Part shown: positions 8,207 through 16,814 of the stretch, piece after piece | Position numbering within the stretch: the first letter of the stretch is position 1 | Layout: each line of letters begins with the position of its first letter | DNA from: Candidatus Methylomirabilales bacterium | Lineage (GTDB): Bacteria; Methylomirabilota; Methylomirabilia; Methylomirabilales; CSP1-5 | Length of the DNA: 38,843 bases | Assembly: GCA_046758505.1 (NCBI GenBank) | Contig: JBHIAH010000018.1 | Coordinates: 1 to 38,843 of the forward strand | Direction: 5' to 3' | Made by a program: the position numbers and the translations under genes | The notes under the pieces: model-generated | Databases searched by the model: none | What the model was told of the DNA's origin: nothing | Seen by the model: the letters and a program-made list of their open reading frames with translations, nothing else

Positions 8207-9055
8207 CTACCCGTTCCCTAGGCGGCGGATGACCTGCGGGATGATGAGGGTGGCGAGATCGGTCCGGGACCCTCCCCCCAACACGGTCAGGAGCCTCCCC
8301 CCCGACGCTTCGCCCGCTGCGCTCACCATGAAATCGGCGAGCCCCACGAAGGTCCGAAGCGAAAGCCCCATATCCCCATAATCCCCGCGGTGGCCGTCAA
8401 AGCCGAAGTACCACACCGTGAGATCCGGGCGAAAGACCCGCACCCGCGAGGCAAAGGCGGACTCCGCGGTCCTGAGATACGCCTCATCCGGGTCCCCGCC
8501 CCCCCAGGGGGCGGGGACATCGACGTTGGTCCCGTCGGGAGAAACGGTGCTCATGCCGCAGATGCAAACATGAAGCACGTCCGGGTCTTCCTGGAAAATG
8601 TCCCGGGTCCCATCGCCGTGGTGGGCATCGGTGTCCAGGATCGCGAAGCGGCGGACCCCATACGCTTTCCGGAGGTGGGCAATGGCAATGGCCACATCGT
8701 TGAAGCAGCAGTAGCCGCCGAAAAAGTCCCGCCCCGCATGATGCCCGCCGGCTCCAATGAAGGCGAAGGCCCGGGCGACTTCCCCGCCGCATATCTTCTC
8801 CGCTGCCGCGACCACCCCTCCCACGGAGGTCCGGGCGGTACTTCATAGGGGATCCGCCTCCACTTCCGGGATCAGCCCAGGCGTATGGACCTGGAGGATG
8901 AGCTGGTCGTCGGCCTCCGGACAGCGGTAGAGGCGGAACCGTTCGTCTCGCAAAAGCTCGTCGAGCGCAGCGGGGAAATCGGCCAGCCGCCGACCGATGG
9001 TGAGGTAGCTGCGCCGACTAAAGCTTTCATGATAAAAAATCCCCACGCGGGCCAT
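8207..9055 (-). CDS. Histone deacetylase-family (AcuC/HDAC) protein with in-frame TGA, candidate Sec71
   Basis: ORFs 8843-9073 and 8207-8824 are in one frame, separated by a single TGA (8843-8845); motifs GGHHAG, GYCCFND, ILDTDAHHGDGT and GFDGH. Confidence 0.8.
8811..8842 (-). promoter_or_regulatory. Candidate bacterial SECIS hairpin
   Basis: After UGA: AGU ACCGCC CGGA CCUCC GUG GGAGG GGUGGU. Upper stem CCUCC/GGAGG, loop begins with G 18 nt after UGA, lower stem ACCGCC/GGUGGU. Confidence 0.55.
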
Positions 9056-9058
9056 CTG

Positions 9059-9798
9059 TGGTTCATGGTTCATGGTTCACGATTCATAGACCGATATAAA
9101 AGATACGGTCCTATCGGTTTGTTCAGGGTTCAGAGTTAATGATTCATGGTAGATGGTCCATGGTTTACAGTGAACGCCAGGGCCTCCGTCTGCGGTCTAC
9201 GTCTTTATAAACCATGAACCGTGAACTGTGAACGCACCCAGTGGGGATCTACCAAGGGAATCACTGAAAAGTCAAGTAGTTTCGGTCGGGTAATGGGGTT
9301 TGTTGGGTCTCTGGGGTCGATTGGGTTGATGGGACTGGGGAGCGGAAGGTCAGGACATACGAATTCCGCATGACGGAAGACTGACAGCATGGGGAGTTTG
9401 GACGGGTCGGTATGGACGTACTGCTATCGGGCGGGTGAGTTTCTGATGCGTCGTGATGACGGCTTCTTCGTTGTTCTCTGCCGCGCCGCGGTGAGCCTCA
9501 CGGCTCGAGGATTGCGGCGGCCCAGCCAAGAAAGAAGCCCAAGAGGGCTACTGTGACTGTAATACCGCTCAGTTCCGCACCGGTCATTGCTCCCCCCCTT
9601 TCAATCTCCGACACTTGCAAAAAATGTAGCTTCCAGGGGTGTCGGGCTCAATGACGGCTGTCACCCATTGCCATGATTCGCATCATATATTGTCTTTTCC
9701 AGCCGCTTCCAGGCCTTCGTTCACGCTTCACACTTCATTGATAAGGAAGTACGGGGCACTAATCCCAGGGTCGACCATGAACTGTGAACTATGAATCG
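9059..9798. repeat. Intergenic block of heptamer/nonamer tandem repeats in inverted arrangement
   Basis: (TGGTTCA)n at 9059-9170, (TGAACCG/TGAACTG)n at 9208-9235 and 9775-9798, and 9-mer-spaced GGG repeats at about 9283-9340. Confidence 0.7.
9498..9587 (-). CDS. Candidate 29-aa single-TM small protein (not in ORF track)
   Basis: GGGGGGGAG-ca-ATG; MTGAELSGITVTVALLGFFLGWAAAILEP-TGA. Confidence 0.4.
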   Translation of the reverse strand: MTGAELSGITVTVALLGFFLGWAAAILEP

Positions 9799-9813
9799 TC
9801 CTCTGGTCATCGC

Positions 9814-10845
9814 TCACCGGTCCGTTCCCTCGACACTTACGAGGCCCGGCCCTCCCACGTCCCCCTCCACCCACACTCGACCCGGAAGAAACTGCTCCAC
9901 CACCCACTGACTCGTGCGCAGGTGTTCGGTCACCCGCGTCGTGGTAACCGAGGAGGGGCCGGGGGCAAGAGCCATCGGGAGCAAGAGCTGGTCGGCCAAA
10001 TACGGATCGGCCACGCCTGAGCCCTCAAGATAGGTCAAGGCCTGATCGCAGGCCTCATCCGCCACCCGTTCCGCCGGTTTTCCTTTTTCCCCCAGACCGC
10101 TGAATCCGGCCCGCCCTTCATCACACCTCGCAAGCAGAAAGAGAATCGTCCCCGGGTTTCGTGCCTCCACCGAGCGGAGTTCGATGCGGCACGGAACCTC
10201 GAGCGGCCTGAGGCGCGAGAGGGCCTGATCCCGCTGCCGCTCGGCCACCCGCAACGGCAGCCCCGCCACGGCCGAGAGGCCGATAATCTCCTCCAGGGGA
10301 CCGCGCCGGGTCAGCGTGAGGGGCTGCAGGACGGAAGGTTCGATCTTTCCCTCGACCATCCCTCCCCCCTTCGGGTAGAACCCCCACCGCCGCAGCACGA
10401 GCGTTGCGTGAAGCCCCATCCGCCCGAGGGTTGGAAGGAGGACCTGCTCGATATAGGGAAAGGGAGGGCTCCACGGGACGTGCGTCCCGCCCGTCATGGA
10501 GATGTGGGACGGTGCTGAGGCAAGGGCCAGGGGGATCAGCACCGCTTGCAGGACTAACGAGACGGCCCCGGCCGTCCCCACGTCCCACCGATACTCGGCG
10601 TGGGCAATCCGGGCGGGAACGAACCGGAGCGAGACCGACCCGACCGCCGCCCCCTCGACCTCGGCCCTCGCGATCTCGGCCAGTGCCCTGACGCCAGCCA
10701 GGTGCTGGGCCTGAAGCCCCGGGGTCCTCCGGCCCGCACGGATCTTCTCGATTCTGACCGGCCGGCCGAGCACGACACTCAAGGCTAGGGCCGTCCGGAG
10801 GATCTGCCCTCCCCCCTCCCCATACGAGCCGTCGATGGTCAGCAT
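9814..10845 (-). CDS. rtcA: RNA 3'-terminal phosphate cyclase
   Basis: IDGSYGEGGGQILRTALALS, GGTHVPWSP, GFYPKGGG, LADQLLLP and TEHLRT motifs. Confidence 0.95.
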   Translation of the reverse strand: MLTIDGSYGEGGGQILRTALALSVVLGRPVRIEKIRAGRRTPGLQAQHLAGVRALAEIARAEVEGAAVGSVSLRFVPARIAHAEYRWDVGTAGAVSLVLQAVLIPLALASAPSHISMTGGTHVPWSPPFPYIEQVLLPTLGRMGLHATLVLRRWGFYPKGGGMVEGKIEPSVLQPLTLTRRGPLEEIIGLSAVAGLPLRVAERQRDQALSRLRPLEVPCRIELRSVEARNPGTILFLLARCDEGRAGFSGLGEKGKPAERVADEACDQALTYLEGSGVADPYLADQLLLPMALAPGPSSVTTTRVTEHLRTSQWVVEQFLPGRVWVEGDVGGPGLVSVEGTDR

Positions 10846-10962
10846 CTTCCGGCGACCGGGTACCCACCCTCACCGCTCGGCCCGCCGCTCCACTTCCGCG
10901 TCCCGCTCGGGTCGCAAACAGGGCGGTTCCTCGGGATCGGTGGCCGGGAGGGAGAGGCAGGA

Positions 10963-11355
10963 CTACCCTTTCGCTTTCTCGGCGACCTTATCCATGAAGC
11001 GGCTCTTGGTGACGATGAACCGCTCGTGGTTGCACTCGCTGATCTTCTCTTTTTCGTCATAGCCCTCGACGGAAAAAACAAGCTTCCGCCCATCGATTTC
11101 CCTCAGGGTCGCCGTCACCCGGACCATCATTCCAATGGGTGTTGCCGCGAGGTGTTTCAGCTCGATGCGCGTGCCGACCGTGATCATCCCGGGATCGAGC
11201 CGATCGGTCACCGCGAAAACCGCCGCCTCCTCACTCCATTCACACAGGAGGGGGGTGGTAAAGACATCCACCCCGGGATTCCCATGCTTGTCGGCCGAAT
11301 GTTCCGGTTCAACCCGCCGCTCGATCGTATAGCTCGCTCCGACTTCCAGCCCCAT
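10963..11355 (-). CDS. Hotdog-fold thioesterase, FlK-like
   Basis: VFTTP, E..A, TVGTRIELKHLAATPIG and HERFIV motifs; GGAGG before the ATG at 11355. Confidence 0.88.
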   Translation of the reverse strand: MGLEVGASYTIERRVEPEHSADKHGNPGVDVFTTPLLCEWSEEAAVFAVTDRLDPGMITVGTRIELKHLAATPIGMMVRVTATLREIDGRKLVFSVEGYDEKEKISECNHERFIVTKSRFMDKVAEKAKG

Positions 11356-11401
11356 GTCCCCCTCCTGTTGTCTCGATGAGTCCTCCGCGCCGCGCGGCCC
11401 G

Positions 11402-11491
11402 TTTCTACCATCGGCCCGAAAGCCTGTCAATGGGGAAGGAGGCGGCGTGCGCCGCAAACTCCTTGACAAGTAAAGCACCAGACCGTAGATT
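11402..11491. promoter_or_regulatory. Divergent sigma70 promoter pair
   Basis: Minus: TTGACA-N17-TAGAAA (11402-11430). Plus: TTGACA-N17-TAGATT (11463-11491). Confidence 0.6.
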
Positions 11492-11548
11492 GTGGGCGGC
11501 TTCGACACTGAAACCGGTTTTTACCATCCGAAAAAGGAGGGAAACCCC

Positions 11549-12529
11549 GTGCAACCGAAGGTTTTGGTCACCCGGAAAATTTTTCCTGAATCCCTCGAAC
11601 TGGTGTGCAAATATTGTCAGGTAGAGTCGAACCAGCGGGATGTTCCTTTCACTCCTGCGCAGCTCCTCAAAAAGCTCCAGGGCAAAGACGGGCTCATTTG
11701 CCTCCTGACCGACATCATCGACGACAAGGTCCTGGCGAAAAACCCCCAGCTCAAGATCGTCAGTAACGTCGCCGTGGGCTACAACAACATCGACGTCAAC
11801 GCGGCCACGAAGCGGGGGGTTATGGTGACCAACACCCCCGGGGTTCTCGATGATACCACCGCGGATTTCACCTGGTGCCTCATCCTGGCTACGGCGCGGG
11901 GACTCGTGGATGCCGACAAATATTTTCGTTCCGGCAAATGGAAGTACTGGGGAGTCATGCAATTCCTGGGTCACGACGTCCACCATAAGACACTCGGGAT
12001 CTGCGGTCTGGGCCGAATCGGGAAGGGAGTGGCCAGGCGGGCCGGCGGCTTCGACATGCGGATCCTGTACACGGATACCCGCCGGGTGGATCCGGCCGTC
12101 GAACAGGAGCTGGGTGTGACGTACGTCGACAAGAAGACCCTCTTGCAGGAGTCGGACATCGTCACGCTCCACGTCCCCCTCTTCCCGGAGACCCGCCATT
12201 ACATCTCGGCTCCCGAACTCAGGCTGATGAAGAAGAGCGGCATTCTGATCAACGCCTCTCGCGGTCCGGTGGTGGACGAAAAGGCGCTGGTCAAGGCCTT
12301 GAAAGAGGGATGGATCGCGGCGGCGGGTCTCGACGTGTACGAAAAAGAGCCAAAGCCGGCCCCGGGCCTCACCAAGCTCAAAAACGCGGTCCTGGCCCCC
12401 CACGCCGCCAGCGCGTCCATCGACACCCGGCTCAAGATGTCCAACATGGCTGCTGAAAACTGCGTGGCGGGGTTGACCGGGCGGCGGCCGCCCAATCTGG
12501 TCAATCCCGAGGTCCTCGGCGCACGATAG
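11549..12529 (+). CDS. D-glycerate dehydrogenase / glyoxylate reductase (D-2-hydroxyacid dehydrogenase)
   Basis: AVGYNNID, TNTPGVL, GLGRIG, LINASRGPVVDE, GLDVYEKEP and PHAASA motifs; AGGAGG before the GTG at 11549. Confidence 0.92.
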   Translation: MQPKVLVTRKIFPESLELVCKYCQVESNQRDVPFTPAQLLKKLQGKDGLICLLTDIIDDKVLAKNPQLKIVSNVAVGYNNIDVNAATKRGVMVTNTPGVLDDTTADFTWCLILATARGLVDADKYFRSGKWKYWGVMQFLGHDVHHKTLGICGLGRIGKGVARRAGGFDMRILYTDTRRVDPAVEQELGVTYVDKKTLLQESDIVTLHVPLFPETRHYISAPELRLMKKSGILINASRGPVVDEKALVKALKEGWIAAAGLDVYEKEPKPAPGLTKLKNAVLAPHAASASIDTRLKMSNMAAENCVAGLTGRRPPNLVNPEVLGAR

Positions 12530-12540
12530 CTTACGGTTCA

Positions 12541-12612
12541 CCGTTCAGGGTTTACAGAAATTCGAATTTCGAAATTCGAAATTACAAAGACTCGCGGTCA
12601 CCGGTCGTCGGT
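12541..12612. repeat. Left arm of heptamer inverted repeat flanking garR
   Basis: GTTCAGGGTTTACAGAAATTCGAATTTCGAAATTCGAAATTACAAAGACT..; approximately the reverse complement of 13534-13590. Confidence 0.7.
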
Positions 12613-12636
12613 CGTCGGTAACCGGAGGGGACTACG

Positions 12637-13533
12637 ATGGCGAAGAAAATCGGTTTTATCGGACTCGGGATCATGGGGAAGCCTATGGCCCGGAATCTCC
12701 TGAAGGCTGGCCATGCCCTCACCGTGTACAGCCGCTCCCGGCCGCCCATGGACGAACTGAAACGGGATGGCGCCGCCCTCGGATCGTCCCCCAAGGAGGT
12801 GGCTGCGGCCTCTGAGGTGCTGATCACGATGCTGCCGAACTCTCCGGATGTCGAGGCGGTCGTTCTCGGGGTCAATGGCATCCTCGAGGGGGCCAAATCG
12901 GGCATGATCCTGATCGATATGAGCACCATTTCTCCCCTCGTCTCTCAGAAGATTTACCAGGAAGCCAAGAAAAAGGGGGTGAAGGCCCTCGATGCGCCGG
13001 TCAGCGGCGGGGAGAAGGGGGCCATCGAGGGGATCCTCTCCATCATGGTCGGCGGGGATCAAGAGGTCTTCGAAGCGATGGTCCCCACCTTTCAGGCCAT
13101 GGGGAAGACGATCACGTACATGGGATCCGCGGGGGCAGGGGGCTTCACGAAGCTGGCCAATCAGGTGATCGTGGCCATCAACCTCACCGCGATCGGTGAG
13201 GCCTTGACGCTCGCGGCAAAGGCCGACCTCGACCCCGAACGTCTCATCAAGGCGTTAAGTGGCGGCATGGCGGGGAGCCGGTGCCTGGACATGAAGGGCC
13301 CCCAGATCATCAAGGGGAATTTCCAGCCGGGGTTCAAGGTCGATCTCCACTATAAGGACCTCGGCCTCATCATGGAAGCAGCCCGGGCCCTCCAGGTTCC
13401 GCTGCCGGCCACGGCCCTTGTCCAAGAGCTCTTCTCGGCGCTCCGCGTCAAAGGTCGGGGGAGCCTGGATCACTCGGCCGTCATCACCGTGCTGGAAGAG
13501 CTCGCCGGGGCGCAAGCCCGCACCAAGAGCTGA
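12637..13533 (+). CDS. garR: 2-hydroxy-3-oxopropionate (tartronate semialdehyde) reductase
   Basis: KIGFIGLGIMGKPMA, DAPVSGGEKGA, TKLANQ and PGFKVDLHYKDL motifs. Confidence 0.88.
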   Translation: MAKKIGFIGLGIMGKPMARNLLKAGHALTVYSRSRPPMDELKRDGAALGSSPKEVAAASEVLITMLPNSPDVEAVVLGVNGILEGAKSGMILIDMSTISPLVSQKIYQEAKKKGVKALDAPVSGGEKGAIEGILSIMVGGDQEVFEAMVPTFQAMGKTITYMGSAGAGGFTKLANQVIVAINLTAIGEALTLAAKADLDPERLIKALSGGMAGSRCLDMKGPQIIKGNFQPGFKVDLHYKDLGLIMEAARALQVPLPATALVQELFSALRVKGRGSLDHSAVITVLEELAGAQARTKS

Positions 13534-13590
13534 GCGACGACCACAAGTATTTGCAATTTCGAATTTCGAATTTCTGTGAACCGTGAACAC
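13534..13590. repeat. Right arm of heptamer inverted repeat flanking garR
   Basis: AGTATTTGCAATTTCGAATTTCGAATTTCTGTGAACCGTGAAC. Confidence 0.7.
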
Positions 13591-13593
13591 CCA

Positions 13594-14091
13594 CTAGTCG
13601 AGGGGAATGCGGACCGTAAAGCTCACCGGCGCTCCATCGTCGTGCCGGCCCAGGAACATCAAGGTCTCGACCCCGGTGAGGCTCGGTGCATCCTGTGGAT
13701 TCGAAGAGGCGAGCTGGCCGTGGACCAAGACCTGCGCCTCACTTCCACCCTCGACCCTCACGTTCAAGGGTTGATCCCCGGGCCAGCTCCTCCCCCATAG
13801 GTTCTGGACGGTAAGACGCAGCCGGTCGAGGCTGACCCCGGTAAGCCTCGGATTGGCGATCTTGACCCGGAACTCCCACCGGAAGCCTTCCTTCATCGGA
13901 GACGCCAGCTCCTGGGTGCGCAAGTGACGCTTCTCCATCTCGGTCACTTTGACGAGCAGCGGATCTGCCCCTTCCACCTCCACCACACGTGGCTTCACGA
14001 CGGACGGGACTTGCCTCGGCGCGGCGCACCGAAGGCCGGACAGAGCGACCAACAGGGCCAGGCCGAACACCTTCCACCTTGGGTCTCGCAT
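13594..14091 (-). CDS. Hypothetical exported protein / possible lipoprotein
   Basis: GGAGG before the ATG at 14091; hydrophobic N-terminus ending ..LSGLRC; beta-rich body. Confidence 0.6.
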   Translation of the reverse strand: MRDPRWKVFGLALLVALSGLRCAAPRQVPSVVKPRVVEVEGADPLLVKVTEMEKRHLRTQELASPMKEGFRWEFRVKIANPRLTGVSLDRLRLTVQNLWGRSWPGDQPLNVRVEGGSEAQVLVHGQLASSNPQDAPSLTGVETLMFLGRHDDGAPVSFTVRIPLD

Positions 14092-14468
14092 ACTCACCCC
14101 TCCGTAAGATGCACTCCGTAGAACCCCAGGCCTCTCACCAACCAACTCCGCCACCGGCTCCGGCCTCCCGGGTCCCCCGTGCAGAATACACGGATCAGAC
14201 GGGCCCAGGTTGCCCTGACCGTCTCGAGCCGGATCTCCCGCGGAGGGTACCGCAAAGTCCCCGCGACAGGGAGGCGTTCGGGAGCGTGACCCCCTTCGCG
14301 GGACGGATCCGCGCCAGGGACCCGGCAGGCCCTCCCTGAAAAAGCAAGATCCGTTCCACAGCCACCCCTTCTCGATTCCTGAGTGGTCCGGGGCGCGGAA
14401 GGATGACGATAGCCCAAACCGCCTCACTCGGGTACAATCGGGTGATCCTCAAGAGACGGGAGGTCAAG

Positions 14469-15017
14469 ATGCGACTGCGAGAAAAGGTCCTCACCCGACG
14501 GGTCGTCTATGCCGGCAGCTACCTCACCACGTACCAGTATCGGGTCCGCCTGCCGGACGGGAATGCGACGACACGCGATATCGTCCGACCCCCCGATGCG
14601 GTGGCGGTGGTCCCTCTTGACGGCGCGGGCAACATCCATCTGGTGCGCCAGTACCGACCCGCCGTCGGCCGGATCCTCTACGAGCTTCCCGCCGGCATCA
14701 TCGACCGGGGGGAGTCCCCGGCCCGGACGGCCAGGCGGGAATGCGAAGAGGAGATCGGCATGCGCCCGAAGCGCCTCAAGAAGCTCTGCGTCGCCTACCA
14801 CGCCACCGGGTTCTCTACCGGATGCGTCCACATCTACCTGGCGACGGGACTGATTCCAGTACGGCGACGTCCGCACGATGGGTCCGAATTCGTCGAGCCG
14901 GTCCGCCTCCCCCTCGACCGGGCCTATCGCATGGCCTTGCTGAACCAGATTGTGGATGCCCAAAGTCTCATCGGTCTCTTGTGGACACAACGGCTCCGCG
15001 CCCAGGAGGCCCTCTGA
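14469..15017 (+). CDS. NUDIX hydrolase, ADP-ribose pyrophosphatase-like
   Basis: LVRQYRP and the Nudix box ELPAGIIDRGESPARTARRECEEEIG. Confidence 0.9.
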   Translation: MRLREKVLTRRVVYAGSYLTTYQYRVRLPDGNATTRDIVRPPDAVAVVPLDGAGNIHLVRQYRPAVGRILYELPAGIIDRGESPARTARRECEEEIGMRPKRLKKLCVAYHATGFSTGCVHIYLATGLIPVRRRPHDGSEFVEPVRLPLDRAYRMALLNQIVDAQSLIGLLWTQRLRAQEAL

Positions 15018-15065
15018 TTGCAGGGGCCGACGGGCCGCCCACGCGGACCTTTTTGTGGACCGGCG

Positions 15066-15668
15066 CTAGCGCACTCGCTGGCCCACCCGGTGCTCCGTCC
15101 CGGCCCACAGGCGCTTGATGTTGTCCCGGTGGCGGACAAAGATGAGGAACGCCGCAAGGAGAGAGAAGATGAAATACGGGCCGGCCCCGCTGGAGAAAAA
15201 GATGAGGGGTGGGACGCAGACACTGGCGGCGAGAGCCCCGAGCGAGGTGTAGCGGAGGACCAGGATGACGCCGAGCCACACCAGCAGTCCGAGGAGGGCG
15301 GGAAGCGGCGTCATGGCGAGGAGCGCCCCGAAGCTGGTGGCCACGCCCTTTCCCCCGGCGAATCGGAGATAGATCGGCCAGTTGTGGCCCAGGACCGCCG
15401 CCATCCCCACGCCGGCCACCAAGAGCTCCGATCCTCCGAGAAGCACGGTTACCAGTGCGGGAAGAAAGCCCTTGAGCAAATCACCCAACAGGGTGAGAAG
15501 CGCAGCCCGCTTCCCCACGGTGCGTAAGACGTTGGCGGTCCCGATATTGCCGCTTCCGTGCCGCCGGATGTCCACCTGCCCCACTGCCTGGGAGACCAAG
15601 AGACCAAACGGGATGGAGCCGATCAGATACGCGATGCAGACGAGACTCAGCTCCTGCAAGCCCGACAT
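15066..15668 (-). CDS. plsY: Glycerol-3-phosphate acyltransferase PlsY
   Basis: YLIGSIPFG, GSGNIGTANVLR, DLLKG, GHNWP, GGKGVATSFG and RHRDNIKRL motifs. Confidence 0.95.
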   Translation of the reverse strand: MSGLQELSLVCIAYLIGSIPFGLLVSQAVGQVDIRRHGSGNIGTANVLRTVGKRAALLTLLGDLLKGFLPALVTVLLGGSELLVAGVGMAAVLGHNWPIYLRFAGGKGVATSFGALLAMTPLPALLGLLVWLGVILVLRYTSLGALAASVCVPPLIFFSSGAGPYFIFSLLAAFLIFVRHRDNIKRLWAGTEHRVGQRVR

Positions 15669-15670
15669 CC

Positions 15671-16678
15671 CTAACTCCTCCCCGAGGCGAGGCGCGGGAG
15701 CGGGCGTTTCACGTGCCCCGCGTGCACATACCAGGCGACGATCCGGACCACCATCTCCCGGAAGGGGGTAAAAGAGAGCTTGAGGTCTCGCTCCGCCTTG
15801 GAGCTGTCGTACCGTCCGCCGTGGAGGATGGTCCGGATCAACTCCCGGCAGAACCGGGGCCGGCGTCCCCTGAGGCGGCCGGCACATTCCATCCCCGCTC
15901 CCAGGGCCAGGGCGAGCCTGGGACCCACCGGCCAGAGTCGCCGGTGCAATCCGGTTACCTCCTCCAACGTCTCGAGCAGCTCCCGGGTGTTTACCGATGC
16001 TCCGCTCAGCAGGTACCGTTCCCCGATCCGCCCCATCTCCCGGGCGCTGAGATGGGCCTCGACGCAGTCTTCAATATAGAGGAAGCTGAACCAATCCCCG
16101 CAGATGAAGGGTAACCGCCCATTCAGGTAATCGAGAAAGATCCGGGCGGTCCCGTGCAGGCGGCCCGGCCCCTGGACCGAGCAGGGATTCAGGATCACCA
16201 CGGGGAGTCCCTGGCCGGCAAGATCCAGCGCGACCTGTTCGGCCTCGTACTTCGCCCGCTCGTAGTGGGAGAGGAACGTCCCCCGGTGCGGCGTCGCCTC
16301 ATGCGCCACACCGCCGGCGGCTTCGCCGATCGTCACAGCAGAGCTTGTGTACACGATTCGCTTGACCCCCATCTCCCCCGCCGCCCGCAACAGGGCCCGG
16401 GTCCCCTCAACGTTCACTGCGTACAGGGGTCGCGGGTCGACCAAGCAGAAGGCGTTGAGCCCGGCGGCGTGGATCACGAGATCAGATCCCCGGAGCGCGT
16501 CCCGATACGTCCCGGGGCTCAAGAGGTCCCCGAGAACCGGCTGCACCCCCTTGGCCGCCAATTGACGGGCCGACTCCTCGCGGCGAAGCAGCGCCAGCAC
16601 CCGTCCCCCTTCCTGGAGCAGCCGGTCGAGAATGGCGCCGCCAACAAAGCCCGTGGCACCCGTCAGAAAGGTGACCAT
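15671..16678 (-). CDS. NAD-dependent epimerase/dehydratase (HpnA/dihydroflavonol reductase-like)
   Basis: TGATGFVG, VNVEGT, YTSS and YERAK (YxxxK) motifs. Confidence 0.88.
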   Translation of the reverse strand: MVTFLTGATGFVGGAILDRLLQEGGRVLALLRREESARQLAAKGVQPVLGDLLSPGTYRDALRGSDLVIHAAGLNAFCLVDPRPLYAVNVEGTRALLRAAGEMGVKRIVYTSSAVTIGEAAGGVAHEATPHRGTFLSHYERAKYEAEQVALDLAGQGLPVVILNPCSVQGPGRLHGTARIFLDYLNGRLPFICGDWFSFLYIEDCVEAHLSAREMGRIGERYLLSGASVNTRELLETLEEVTGLHRRLWPVGPRLALALGAGMECAGRLRGRRPRFCRELIRTILHGGRYDSSKAERDLKLSFTPFREMVVRIVAWYVHAGHVKRPLPRLASGRS

Positions 16679-16814
16679 CGTGACTCCTTAACGTCCAGCA
16701 CTGTTGCCAGGCGCCCGGCCCGAGCCAACGCGGAAGCCCCCGATGACCTGACGATGGGTGGACCGGACGTTGGCCAGCCGCGACACCGAGTACAGGGAAC
16801 GTGACTGCGGGGGA

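Noticed and set aside
14094..14417. Possible small gene between the lipoprotein and NUDIX genes
   Set aside because: No clear RBS, start codon or recognisable motif in any frame.
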